Below are positions 17,920 through 27,264 of a stretch of 37,846 nucleotides of DNA, in pieces. The stretch lies in NCBI GenBank assembly GCA_040235515.1, contig JBECKX010000025.1, positions 1 to 37,846 of the forward strand. Reading direction: 5' to 3'. Each line of letters starts with the position of its first letter. The first letter of the stretch is position 1. This stretch comes from Candidatus Zixiibacteriota bacterium (GTDB lineage: Bacteria > Zixibacteria > MSB-5A5 > CAIYYT01). A program made the position numbers and the translations under genes. Below the pieces are notes generated by a model, which was not told where the DNA came from, made no database searches, and saw only the letters and a program-made list of their open reading frames with translations.

Positions 17920-18855
17920 TTGAAGAAGGTTGGACTTGTAACGGATGATGTCTGCCTGCTGCACACTCATCCCGGACACCCTGAGCACGCCGGGCGTCTG
18001 CAGGCGGTGCTGAATATGATCAGCGAGAGCGGGCTGGAGGAGGAGCTGGTCTCGCTGGAGGCGCGAGAGGCCACACGGGAGGAGCTCGAACGCAATCATC
18101 ACCCGAAGTATGTTGAGAATATCGTCTCACTCAAGCTGACAACGACTCGCCTGGTTGATGCGGACACTTACGTAACACCGGATAGTCCGCGTGCCGCGCT
18201 GGTCGCCTACGGCGCCGGATTGACAGCAGTCGAACGGGTATTGAGCGGTGAGCTGGAACGAGCATTTGTCGCGGTCCGGCCGCCGGGTCATCACGCCGAA
18301 TATGGCAAAGCGATGGGGTTCTGCATTTTCAACAACATCGCCGGTGCGGCGCATCACGCAAAGGCTGTCGGTGGCGTGGAGCGTGTGGCGATTATCGATT
18401 TTGACGTGCATCACGGCAACGGCACACAATGGGCGTTCTACCAGGATCCAACCGTTCACTTCACAAGCTGGCATCAATATCCTTTCTATCCGGGCACGGG
18501 TGCAGCCAATCAACGCGGGAAAGGCGATGGCGAGGGTTTTACGCTTAATATTCCCCTTGAAGCGACCACCACCGGCGAGGAAGCGCTGCGGAGGCTGGAA
18601 CCGGCCTGGTCGAAGGCGATGGAGGCATTCAAACCTGAATTGATCCTGATATCGGCCGGGTTTGACGCGCACAAGGATGATCCACTGGCAGCGATCGAGC
18701 TGGAGGATCGAGATTTTTACCAGGTTACGAAGTTGATCACTGAGATTGCGGATCGGTTCTGTAGTGGCAGGATTGTCAGTTTTCTGGAAGGTGGTTATGA
18801 TCTTGCAGCGCTGGCGCGCTCTTGCAGGTTGCATTTAGAGGCGCTGTTGCAGTAA
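17920..18855 (+). CDS. Histone deacetylase family amidohydrolase
   Basis: HPEHAGRL, RPPGHHA, GFCIFNN, DFDVHHGNGTQ, SAGFDAH..DPL, LEGGY. Confidence 0.95.
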   Translation: MKKVGLVTDDVCLLHTHPGHPEHAGRLQAVLNMISESGLEEELVSLEAREATREELERNHHPKYVENIVSLKLTTTRLVDADTYVTPDSPRAALVAYGAGLTAVERVLSGELERAFVAVRPPGHHAEYGKAMGFCIFNNIAGAAHHAKAVGGVERVAIIDFDVHHGNGTQWAFYQDPTVHFTSWHQYPFYPGTGAANQRGKGDGEGFTLNIPLEATTTGEEALRRLEPAWSKAMEAFKPELILISAGFDAHKDDPLAAIELEDRDFYQVTKLITEIADRFCSGRIVSFLEGGYDLAALARSCRLHLEALLQ

Positions 18856-18910
18856 TTGTGTGAGAATTGATGGAGGACTGCCGATTAGTTGGCGGAAGGA
18901 AGATGCAGCG

Positions 18911-19684
18911 ATGAGTGATAAGTATTGCCGGTTCAGGCATCAGAACGAAACGCATTGGGGCTTGCTGGAGGATGATCAGATTACGCTGATCGAAGGGCGC
19001 GTGCCGGGCGAGTTTGAGTTGATCAATGAGCGGGTGCTGCTTGAATCGGTTGACTTACTGGAGCCGGTTGAGCCGAGCAAGATCGTGTGCGTCGGTCTCA
19101 ACTACGCAGAGCATGTGAAGGAGAGCCAGTCGGCGGACGAGGTTCCGAGCGAACCGGTGATGTTCATGAAGCCCCCTACTGCCCTGTTGGCGCCGGGTGG
19201 AAACATCATACGACCCAGGCAGGCAGAGCGAGTCGACTATGAAGCTGAGATTGGTGTTGTGCTTAGCAAGGGTCTGCATCAGGCTTCAGCAGATGAGGTC
19301 GCAGACGCCATCTTCGGAGTGACCTGCGTCAATGATGTTACGGCACGCGATCTGCAGAAGAAAGATACCCAATGGACGCGCGGGAAGGGATTTGACACGT
19401 TTTGCCCGGTAGGCCCCTACCTCGCAACCGGGCTTGACTACCTGAGCCTGAGGGTCGAGTCGCGGTTGAATGGTGAGGTGCGGCAGTCATCGGATGCCAG
19501 CTTTATGATCTTCCCGATTCCGGAGTTGATCAGCTTCATGAGCCACGTGATGACGCTCAATGCCGGTGACCTGATAGTAACCGGAACGCCGAAGGGTATC
19601 GGTCCAATGGTTGCGGGTGATGTAATCGAGATCGAGGTCGAGGGAGTTGGGGTATTGAAGAATGGGGTTGTGGATGAGGGGTGA
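18911..19684 (+). CDS. Fumarylacetoacetate hydrolase family protein
   Basis: SKIVCVGLNYAEH, DYEAEIG, NDVTARDLQ, KGFDTFCP, TGTPKG; ATG 18911 preferred. Confidence 0.93.
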   Translation: MSDKYCRFRHQNETHWGLLEDDQITLIEGRVPGEFELINERVLLESVDLLEPVEPSKIVCVGLNYAEHVKESQSADEVPSEPVMFMKPPTALLAPGGNIIRPRQAERVDYEAEIGVVLSKGLHQASADEVADAIFGVTCVNDVTARDLQKKDTQWTRGKGFDTFCPVGPYLATGLDYLSLRVESRLNGEVRQSSDASFMIFPIPELISFMSHVMTLNAGDLIVTGTPKGIGPMVAGDVIEIEVEGVGVLKNGVVDEG

Positions 19685-19696
19685 TGGGAAAGAAAT

Positions 19697-19894
19697 GCCC
19701 TAACCTCACGGGACTCAACCTGCTGCTATCAGCGGTGAAGCTTCTCCCTTATCTTCTACCGAGCACTTGAGCCCACCCGTTGGGTGGGGTACCACGCTTC
19801 ACGACCGGGACTCGAAGTCCGGCGAAAATGTCTGACCTCCGACTGTCAAGCCCCATGAGGGCTTGACCTGCGACTCAGCTCCCGCAAGTTGGCT
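19697..19894 (-). other. Multi-hairpin structured intergenic element (candidate ncRNA or REP cluster)
   Basis: End-to-end pairing 19705-19713 with 19880-19888, plus internal stems at 19722-19733, 19735-41/19796-802, 19772-19788, 19808-19820 and 19845-19867. Confidence 0.45.
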
Positions 19895-21391
19895 CTACGC
19901 CTTTGTCTCCAGCGCTTTTTCGTAAAGCTCCAGGTATTTCTTTGCGGATTTCTTCCAGGAGAAGTCCTGCTTCATGCCGCGTTTCATCATCGCGCGCCAG
20001 CTACGAGTTTTGGCGTAGAGTTCGAGAGCATTCTCGATCGCCTTCATCAGTGCCTTGCCGGAGTATTCATCGAACAGGAATCCGGTGGCGCGGCGCTTGT
20101 TGCCGTTGCCGTCGTAATTGATGATGGTATCCGCGAGGCCGCCGGTCTTGTGCGCGACAGGAATCGTGCCGTAGCGCAAGCTGTAGAGTTGATTGAGGCC
20201 ACACGGTTCGAAGCGGGAGGGCATCAGGAAGATGTCAGAGCCGGCTTCGATCAGATGTGCCAGGCGTTCATCGAAGGTGAAATGTGATTTGACGCGGTCG
20301 GGATATTGCTGCTCGAGCTTCTTGAAGAGTTCTTGATATTTGTCATCCCCGGTGCCAAGCTGAATCAGGGTAAGATCGTGTTTAAAGAGCTCCTCGGCAA
20401 TCTCCTCGACCAGATCGAAGCCTTTCTGGTCGGTTAGGCGCCCGATGATACCGATGAGCGGCTTGTCGGCGCGTTTGGGGGAGAGTCCACAATAGCGCAG
20501 GAGTTCCTTCTTGTTCTCGATTTTCTCTTCGAGGTTGTTGGCATCGTAGGTCTGCTTGATCATGCTGTCAGATTCCGGTGACCAGGTGTCGTAGTCGACG
20601 CCATTGACGACTCCGAACAACGCATTGCGCTTCTCGCGCAGAACGCCCTCCAGGCCGAAGCCGAACTCGTCGGAGGACTGGATCTCCTGGGCATAGGTCT
20701 CGCTCACGGTGTTCACGATATCAGAATAGACCACACCCGCTTTGAGGTAGTTGAGTTTCCCCCAGAATTCGAACGGCGAGGTCGGGTAGAGGAACTGCTT
20801 GTTGATCCCGAGTTTCTCGAACGATTCCTGCGGGAATAACCCCTGGTAAGCGACGTTGTGTATCGTGAGTACGGTTTTCGTCTCTTTGAAGAAGGGATGG
20901 TCGCGTTCAGCCGTGCGAAGATAGGCTGGTATCAGCGCGGATTGCCAATCGTTGACATGCAGGATATCGGGACGGAAGCCGAGTTTTTCGAGCGCCAGGA
21001 GTACGGCGCGCGCAAAGAAGGCGAAACGAATATCGTTGTCGGGATAATCTTTACCGGTTTTGGGATCGACGTACATGCCCTCGCGGTCGAACAGCTCGTC
21101 GCATTCGACGAAGTAGGTTTTGAGAGTCTGTTTCTTATCCTGCTTTTGCAGCAGTGAGAAACGGTACTCGCGACCGCCGAGCCAGAGAGTGAGATTGGAG
21201 AGTTCCGGCACCCTGCTGAGGACCCAGCGTTCCGACGAGATGGAGCCGTACTTCGGTGAGAAAAGGGCAACGTTGGCGCGGCGACCGGCCAGTTGTTGCG
21301 GCAGTGAGCCGGCGACATCAGCCAATCCACCGGTTTTCGAGTAAGGAGCGATTTCGCTCGCTACGTAAGCGATATTCAACTTCTGCTTCAT
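19895..21391 (-). CDS. glgA: Glycogen synthase
   Basis: SEIAPYSKTGGLADV, HVNDWQ, TIHNVAYQG, QKGFDL, PSRFEPCGLNQL, TGGLADT. Confidence 0.96.
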   Translation of the reverse strand: MKQKLNIAYVASEIAPYSKTGGLADVAGSLPQQLAGRRANVALFSPKYGSISSERWVLSRVPELSNLTLWLGGREYRFSLLQKQDKKQTLKTYFVECDELFDREGMYVDPKTGKDYPDNDIRFAFFARAVLLALEKLGFRPDILHVNDWQSALIPAYLRTAERDHPFFKETKTVLTIHNVAYQGLFPQESFEKLGINKQFLYPTSPFEFWGKLNYLKAGVVYSDIVNTVSETYAQEIQSSDEFGFGLEGVLREKRNALFGVVNGVDYDTWSPESDSMIKQTYDANNLEEKIENKKELLRYCGLSPKRADKPLIGIIGRLTDQKGFDLVEEIAEELFKHDLTLIQLGTGDDKYQELFKKLEQQYPDRVKSHFTFDERLAHLIEAGSDIFLMPSRFEPCGLNQLYSLRYGTIPVAHKTGGLADTIINYDGNGNKRRATGFLFDEYSGKALMKAIENALELYAKTRSWRAMMKRGMKQDFSWKKSAKKYLELYEKALETKA

Positions 21392-21481
21392 AGATATATA
21401 ACCCCTCAGTCCATTGATATTGAGTTAAGCTTGAGAACGAATTCCACACTAATTCCAGACTAGTCTCGAACTAGATTTGCG

Positions 21482-22483
21482 TTAACTGACCGTCAACTCC
21501 CTCAGATACTGGGCGGCATCTTCCGGTGCGACCGGATTGATGTAGAAGCCGGTTCCCCACTCAAAGCCTGCGACTTTGGTGAGCTTGGGGATGACTTCAA
21601 TGTGCCAGTGGAAGTAGTCTCTGGCCTTGTTGTCCAAAGCATCCGTATGAAGTACGTAGTTGTAGGGTGGATCTGCCAAAGCAACTCGAAGTTTTGCGAG
21701 GATTGTTTTCACCATCTGCGCGAGGTACTCGGTTTGCGAGTTGGTGATATCGAGGTAGCTGCTAAAGTGGGATTTCGGCAGAATCCAGGTCTCAAATGGA
21801 AATCGGGGTGCAAAAGGTTCCAGTGCGATGAACTGGTCGTTCTCGGAAACGACGCGGTTGCTCCATTCGGTTTCTTGCCTGATGATGTCGCAGAAGATAC
21901 AGCGTTCTTTGAATTCGTAGTATTTTCTTCCACCGTCAATCTCGGCCTGTACCCGTACCGGCACTACCGGAGTCGCGATGATCTGCGAGTGGGCGTGTTC
22001 CAGCGATGCGCCTGCGGCTTCGCCATGATTCTTGAAAGCAATGATATATTTGAATCGAAAATCTTTGCGGAGATCCTGCATCCGAGCGCGATAGGCGAGG
22101 AAAACCTCTTTGATGCGCGTCAGGTCCATGTCGACCAAGTCCTCGGCATGATTGTTGGTCTCAATCACGACTTCGTGGGCACCGATTCCATTCATCCGGT
22201 CAAACATCCCTTCCCCTTCGCGATTGAGGTCGCCCTCGATCTTGAGCGCCGGGTACTTGTTGGAAATCACTCTCAGATTCCAGCCGGGGGCATTCTGGGA
22301 GGAACCATCCGGTCGGATTGCCATGATTTCTGGAGGGGTGAGAGACTCGTTGCCGGGGCAAAATGGGCAACTCTTCGGCTGTTCGGTTTTGACCATCGGG
22401 ACGAAATCACTCGGACGTTTTCCCCGGTCCGTGGAGATGATGACCCAGCGCCCGACGATCGGGTCTTTTCTTAGCTCAGGCAT
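21482..22483 (-). CDS. galT: GalT-family hexose-1-phosphate nucleotidyltransferase
   Basis: MPELRKDP, CPFCPGNE, NKYPAL, GAHEVVIE, FKNHGEAAGASLEHAHSQ, AGFEWGTG; ATG 22483 follows a GAGGT RBS. Confidence 0.9.
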   Translation of the reverse strand: MPELRKDPIVGRWVIISTDRGKRPSDFVPMVKTEQPKSCPFCPGNESLTPPEIMAIRPDGSSQNAPGWNLRVISNKYPALKIEGDLNREGEGMFDRMNGIGAHEVVIETNNHAEDLVDMDLTRIKEVFLAYRARMQDLRKDFRFKYIIAFKNHGEAAGASLEHAHSQIIATPVVPVRVQAEIDGGRKYYEFKERCIFCDIIRQETEWSNRVVSENDQFIALEPFAPRFPFETWILPKSHFSSYLDITNSQTEYLAQMVKTILAKLRVALADPPYNYVLHTDALDNKARDYFHWHIEVIPKLTKVAGFEWGTGFYINPVAPEDAAQYLRELTVS

Positions 22484-22621
22484 TTGCTTGACCTCAGAGT
22501 TAACCGTGCTACAAATCAGAGAACATAAGAAGCGATGCCGGTGAGGGCAAAGCAATTCTCAGGACTCTCCGGTGTCAGTCCTATCTGATTGATAGATCGG
22601 CAGATAAGCGGATTAGTTTGA

Positions 22622-23914
22622 CTAGAGGCTGGCGCGCTGCCTGGCAGACTCGTCGAATATGGCCCGAAACAGCTCCCTGGTAGGGTCGGCCAATTCGCGA
22701 CCACGGCGGCTCATGACGACTTCAGCGGTCTCGAGTGCCTTGGTCACATCGTAGTCCACAAACCCCTCGGTGCTGCCCCAGACGAACGATGGAAGTGATT
22801 TTTTCATCACCATACCACCGCCGAAGATATTGGAGGCGAAGCCGACGACCATGCCGGTATTCAGGAGAGTGCCGATTCCAGTCTTGGTGTGGTCGCCGAT
22901 AAAGCTCCCGACCTTGTTGAGACCGGTGTCGACCATGCCGTTCGGAAATTCGACTTTGATGTTGCCGTAGTTGTTCTTCAGGTCAGAGTTGGTAGTCAGC
23001 GCACCGAGATTCACCCACTCGCCGATGTAGGCGTGGCCGATGAAGCCCTCGTGGTATTTGTTGGAGTAGGCCTGGAAGATTGATTCCTCGACCTCCCCCC
23101 CTACCCTGCAGTGCGGGCCAAATGAGCAGCCCTCGCGGATTTTGCCGCCGACGAGCTGACAATAGTCGCCGATATAGGCTGGACCTTCGATCCTCGTATG
23201 CGGAGCGACGAAGGCATTCTTTCCGATGAAGACCGGGCCGCCGCGAGCGTCGACCACGACCTGGGCGTCAATCTGAGAATCGCGATCGATGTAGATATCG
23301 TCGGCGTTGTAGAGCACAGCCGCGTCGTCGATGTCTGAGACGTGATGCATATCGCTGAAGTTGAGCTCCGGCGAGAGGAGTTCGAAGTCTACCGCAATCT
23401 GCGCGCCATTTTCGTGAACCAGGTCCCAGAGATAGTTGACTTGCTTCAACTCCGCGTCGATCCGTGGCAACTGGCGGGCGGCGTCGGCGACCAGGCGTGC
23501 GACCTCATCGGCAGATCCGCTCTTGAGAGACTTCCCCACCGCTGCGACAAGTTCATGGGCTTTACTCACTCTTACAAGAGCCACATTACCGCCAACGAAG
23601 AGTGCCAGATTGCTTGATTCGCCGGCCAGTTTGTGAGCGATCTCGCTATTCGGCAGAAAGCAGGGATCGATGAAGCTGAAGTTATCTGCCACGCTGGAAT
23701 CGAGATGATTCGTCGTGACCCCGCAATTGACGGCGACGTGTCTGGCGATCGAATTGCGAGTCAGGTAGATCGTATCGGTGACGCCCAGCCGCGTCTGCCA
23801 CTTCGCGCCGAGAGTCAGGATTCCACAGCGGAGTTCCGCAGTCGTGTGCGAGAGGCTGAGCGGGTAGAAGTTGGAGATACTCTCCTTTTCATAGAAAACG
23901 AGGCAGCTACTCAT
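22622..23914 (-). CDS. GlmU-like putative sugar nucleotidyltransferase with hexapeptide-repeat domain
   Basis: FYPLS....ELRCGI, GPVFIG, VGGEVEES...NKYHEGFIGHAYIGEWVNLGALTTNSDLKNNY, GDHTKTGIG. Confidence 0.85.
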   Translation of the reverse strand: MSSCLVFYEKESISNFYPLSLSHTTAELRCGILTLGAKWQTRLGVTDTIYLTRNSIARHVAVNCGVTTNHLDSSVADNFSFIDPCFLPNSEIAHKLAGESSNLALFVGGNVALVRVSKAHELVAAVGKSLKSGSADEVARLVADAARQLPRIDAELKQVNYLWDLVHENGAQIAVDFELLSPELNFSDMHHVSDIDDAAVLYNADDIYIDRDSQIDAQVVVDARGGPVFIGKNAFVAPHTRIEGPAYIGDYCQLVGGKIREGCSFGPHCRVGGEVEESIFQAYSNKYHEGFIGHAYIGEWVNLGALTTNSDLKNNYGNIKVEFPNGMVDTGLNKVGSFIGDHTKTGIGTLLNTGMVVGFASNIFGGGMVMKKSLPSFVWGSTEGFVDYDVTKALETAEVVMSRRGRELADPTRELFRAIFDESARQRASL

Positions 23915-23973
23915 ACTTTTATTCTCGTAATTTTGGGTGTCTAAGTTTAGGGACAAGGAGTCGGGCGCCGGGC

Positions 23974-24342
23974 TCAATCCTTGAAAAGGTCATCCCACGC
24001 CTCTTTGGTGCGTTCTTTTTGGGTGGCGGTGCGATGGCGATTGCGGGCTGCGGCTTTGAGGCTGAAGGGCAGGCTTTCGTCCGGCACTTTCGATTCCGCC
24101 TCCTCCACTACCGGCGGACGCGGCTCGAAATACTCGCAGAAATTCGCCTTCTCCTTATAGCGCACCCATTCGGCCTGCGGCTCGGTGCAGTGGTGATTCG
24201 CGCTCTTGTCGTAGAATCGGCAATTGTAGCAGCATTTGATCGGGTTATCGCACTTGGGGCAGCTATCGTCTCGCGTCGGGCGGCCGGAAACTGCGATCTC
24301 GGTGCCACATGACCAGCAACGTATGATTTTCTCTTCAGGCAT
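23974..24342 (-). CDS. Small Cys-rich (zinc-binding) hypothetical protein
   Basis: CWSC, CPKC, CCYNCRFYD, C.EP.AE.V..KEKANFCEYF, C-terminal WDDLFK. Confidence 0.75.
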   Translation of the reverse strand: MPEEKIIRCWSCGTEIAVSGRPTRDDSCPKCDNPIKCCYNCRFYDKSANHHCTEPQAEWVRYKEKANFCEYFEPRPPVVEEAESKVPDESLPFSLKAAARNRHRTATQKERTKEAWDDLFKD

Positions 24343-24755
24343 AATCTCTACCGCTTCGGTGTTGAAGTCGACCGAGCATTTGATCTGGTATTGCGCTTTC
24401 GGGTCTCATGAGCGATGGATTGGAAATCGACTCCCTACAGGAATACGGAGAGCAGGTTTCAATCGCATCAAAAAAGCATTCGAACCAGAATATGCAGTAT
24501 AGATTTCGCGTCAACCAAAAAAAGGTCTCGGCGCAGGTTGTGTTGAATGCTTTGCGGTACACAGGTGGTCACCGGGACGGCATCCCGGCATTGGTAAGCG
24601 GGCAAAAACCGTTTGCAGTTGGCTGCATTCTCTCTTAAAATACGGAATTATATCATACAGGAGTGTCGCTTGTTCGAGCGAATTCTCGCCGAGAGGGGCG
24701 GCTGGTTTTCGCGACAACTGAGTGAGATTGATTAAGGAAGATTGAGGCATACGAT

Positions 24756-26042
24756 TTGAAAATACTTGTTGTCGGATCTGGTGGTCGTGAGCACGCTCTC
24801 TGCTGGAAATTGAGCAAGAGCCCGTTGGTAACACAGCTCTACTGCGCGCCGGGAAACGCGGGGATTTACAAGGAAGCAGAGCTTGTCAACATCAAGGCGG
24901 ATGATATCGATGCCCTGCTGCAGTTCGCCAAGGAGAAGCAGATCGATTTGACCGTGGTCGGACCGGAGTTGCCATTGTCGCTCGGTATCGTCGACCGTTT
25001 CGAAGCGGAGGGATTGAAGATATTCGGTCCCAGCAAGGCTGCGGCGGAGATCGAGTCATCGAAGGCGTACGCGAAACAGTTCATGCGGCGGTACCACATA
25101 CCGACGGCTTCCTTCGTTATTTTTGAAGATATGAAGGAGGCGATTCGGTTCGTGCACGGAGCGGGGATGCCGATTGTGATTAAGGCTGACGGCCTGGCTG
25201 CCGGTAAAGGTGTTGTCGTGGCAGACTCGGCAGAGGAAGCGGAACGAGCGATCCGCAACATGATGCAGAAGCGACAATTCGGCGAAGCGGGCGCGAAGGT
25301 TGTGATTGAGAATTTCCTCGTAGGCGAGGAAGCCTCGGTGTTCGCTTTCACGGATGGCAAGAATGTTCTTACGACGATTCCGTCACAGGATCACAAGCGC
25401 GCCGGGGATGGCGACACGGGCCCGAACACGGGTGGTATGGGGGCGTATGCGCCGGTGCCGTTCATTTCTGAGCAGATGTTGAAAGATATCGAGGATCTGG
25501 TTCTGGAACCGGCGGTGCGTGGGATGGCCGAGGAGGGCCGACCGTTCAAGGGTGTGCTGTACGCCGGTTTGATGGTCACGGAAAAAGGACCGAAGGTGAT
25601 CGAGTTCAACTGCCGGTTCGGAGATCCGGAAACTCAAGCGGTGCTGCCACTTCTGAAGAGCGACCTGGCGCAAATATTCAAGTCGGTTGTCGACGGGAAA
25701 CTCGATCAGGAAATGCTCGAGTGGGAATATAAGTACGCCGCGTGTGTAATACTAGCGTCCGGAGGATATCCGGGAGAGTATGAGAAGGGCAAGGAGATCC
25801 AGGGTTTGCGCGACATCAAGGAAACGGATGCGTTGGTTTTCCATGCCGGAACGAAGTACGAGAATCGCAAGTTTCTCACGAATGGCGGGCGCGTACTCGG
25901 AGTCGTTGGCACGGATGAACAGATTGATGAAGCGGTTTCGAATGCGTATGAAGCGGTTGACAAGATCACGTACGAGGGTCGGCAGTTCCGCACCGATATC
26001 GGGCTGCGGGCGGGACACAAGAAGTTCAAGTTCTCATATTGA
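24756..26042 (+). CDS. purD: Phosphoribosylamine--glycine ligase
   Basis: KILVVGSGGREHAL, VVGPE, KADGLAAGKGV, QDHKR..GPNTGGMGAY, EFNCRFGDPETQ. Confidence 0.97.
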   Translation: MKILVVGSGGREHALCWKLSKSPLVTQLYCAPGNAGIYKEAELVNIKADDIDALLQFAKEKQIDLTVVGPELPLSLGIVDRFEAEGLKIFGPSKAAAEIESSKAYAKQFMRRYHIPTASFVIFEDMKEAIRFVHGAGMPIVIKADGLAAGKGVVVADSAEEAERAIRNMMQKRQFGEAGAKVVIENFLVGEEASVFAFTDGKNVLTTIPSQDHKRAGDGDTGPNTGGMGAYAPVPFISEQMLKDIEDLVLEPAVRGMAEEGRPFKGVLYAGLMVTEKGPKVIEFNCRFGDPETQAVLPLLKSDLAQIFKSVVDGKLDQEMLEWEYKYAACVILASGGYPGEYEKGKEIQGLRDIKETDALVFHAGTKYENRKFLTNGGRVLGVVGTDEQIDEAVSNAYEAVDKITYEGRQFRTDIGLRAGHKKFKFSY

Positions 26043-26132
26043 TCGCGTTGTTGATCGGTAGCTGATGAGGAATGGCGTGTCGTTGCAGGCGCCACACTGC
26101 TTGCTGTAGCACTTCCGAAGCAGAAAGAGAAC

Positions 26133-26161
26133 GGAACCTGATCTGACACAATTTGTACTAA
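26133..26161 (+). promoter_or_regulatory. Possible ECF-sigma promoter for the TPR gene
   Basis: GGAACC-N16-GTACTAA, resembling the GAAC..N16..GTCNAA ECF pattern. Confidence 0.3.
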
Positions 26162-26254
26162 GAACGGTCCGGCGGAGTGGTTACGACGCCGCATCGACAG
26201 AGGTGAAACAGAAATTTCGAGTAACTGGAAATTCAATAGAGGAGTGGAAGTAAT

Positions 26255-27136
26255 ATGAAAAGCTTCAAGGTCATAGTCCCGATTCTTTGCTTGCTGTTGT
26301 TTAGTTTTGCCGCGGCACAGGAGGACGGTCCGTCGAATGATGCCAAGGAGAAGTACAACGCGGGCATCACTGCCGCGAAGGCCGGCAACAACGCGGAGGC
26401 GGCGAAGAACTTCATGGCTGCCGTGGATCTTTATCCGAAGTATGCGGATGCCTGGATCGAGCTGGGAAAGGTCCAGTACAAGCAGGATAAGTATACGGAA
26501 TCGGAGAAGAGCCTGATGAAGGGTGCAGAGATCGACGGAACTCGGTCTGATGCATATTTCACCCTTGGTCTGGCCAGGCTTGAACTGAAGAAGTACAAGC
26601 TGGCAGAGGAGGCGCTGCTCAAGTCGCTGGAGCTCGACAAGGGTAATACCGAGTCACAGAAGGCGCTGGGGTTAGTTTATTTCGAGCAGGACAATTGGCC
26701 GAAGGCGATTGAATATTATGGCGAGTATGTAAAATTCTCATCGAACGACGCAGGTAGCTTCGTGAATCTGGCGCGTGCCTACAAGGAGTCGGGCCAGCTT
26801 GACAAGTCCGAGACGGCGTACCGCCAGGCGATAAAGGCCGATCCGAAGATGGCCGAAGCGCACTTCAACCTCGCCAACCTGCTCCGTGACCAGAGTAAGT
26901 TCAATGCCGCGATTGGTGAATATAAGGCAGCCATCGAGGCAGACAAAAAAATGACGGCGGCTTACTACAACCTTGCTGTATCGTATCAGAGCGCGGAGAA
27001 TTTCGCCGATGCGCTTCAGGCGTACAAGGATTTTGTCAGAGTCGCCGGCAACGAGCGCAAGTATTCAAACCAGGTGAAGAAGGCAAAAACTTTGATCCCG
27101 CAGATCGAGGAATACCTGCAGAACGCAGAGTATTAG
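26255..27136 (+). CDS. Secreted tetratricopeptide repeat protein
   Basis: Signal peptide, GAGGAG RBS, ~7 TPRs (e.g. AEAHFNLANLL, AAYYNLAVSY). Confidence 0.9.
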   Translation: MKSFKVIVPILCLLLFSFAAAQEDGPSNDAKEKYNAGITAAKAGNNAEAAKNFMAAVDLYPKYADAWIELGKVQYKQDKYTESEKSLMKGAEIDGTRSDAYFTLGLARLELKKYKLAEEALLKSLELDKGNTESQKALGLVYFEQDNWPKAIEYYGEYVKFSSNDAGSFVNLARAYKESGQLDKSETAYRQAIKADPKMAEAHFNLANLLRDQSKFNAAIGEYKAAIEADKKMTAAYYNLAVSYQSAENFADALQAYKDFVRVAGNERKYSNQVKKAKTLIPQIEEYLQNAEY

Positions 27137-27212
27137 GCCGCGAGCCACGGTTCGAAAGGTGGGGCATGATCACAGTGACGAGAGTGTGATCTATTGAATT
27201 GACTGATAATAC

Positions 27213-27237
27213 GCCGGCCTCGCGAGAGGCCGGCTTT
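27213..27237 (+). terminator. Terminator-like hairpin
   Basis: GCCGGCCTC-GCGA-GAGGCCGGC followed by a short TTT(GCTT) tail. Confidence 0.6.
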
Positions 27238-27264
27238 GCTTAGGAAAACGATAGGATTCTCCAG

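Noticed and set aside
19697..19894. Identification as 6S RNA, raiA-motif RNA or HEARO/omegaRNA
   Set aside because: Branched rather than rod-shaped; only short matches to raiA (AGUCGCAGG, CAGCAGG); no IscB/TnpB ORF nearby. Kept as an unassigned element.
21602..22474. 290 aa plus-strand ORF
   Set aside because: Antisense shadow of galT with no recognisable motifs.
24555..24605. ACAGGTGG...CACCGGGA...GGGCA resembling a ZMP/ZTP (pfl) riboswitch upstream of purD
   Set aside because: Lacks the conserved GACUGGCG segment and the GCC..CGCCUGGGC 3' hairpin; promoter-like sequence lies downstream of it.
26061..26125. CTGATGA followed by a GGAA/TTCC stem resembling a hammerhead ribozyme core
   Set aside because: Followed by GAAG rather than GAAA, and I could not build stems I and III.
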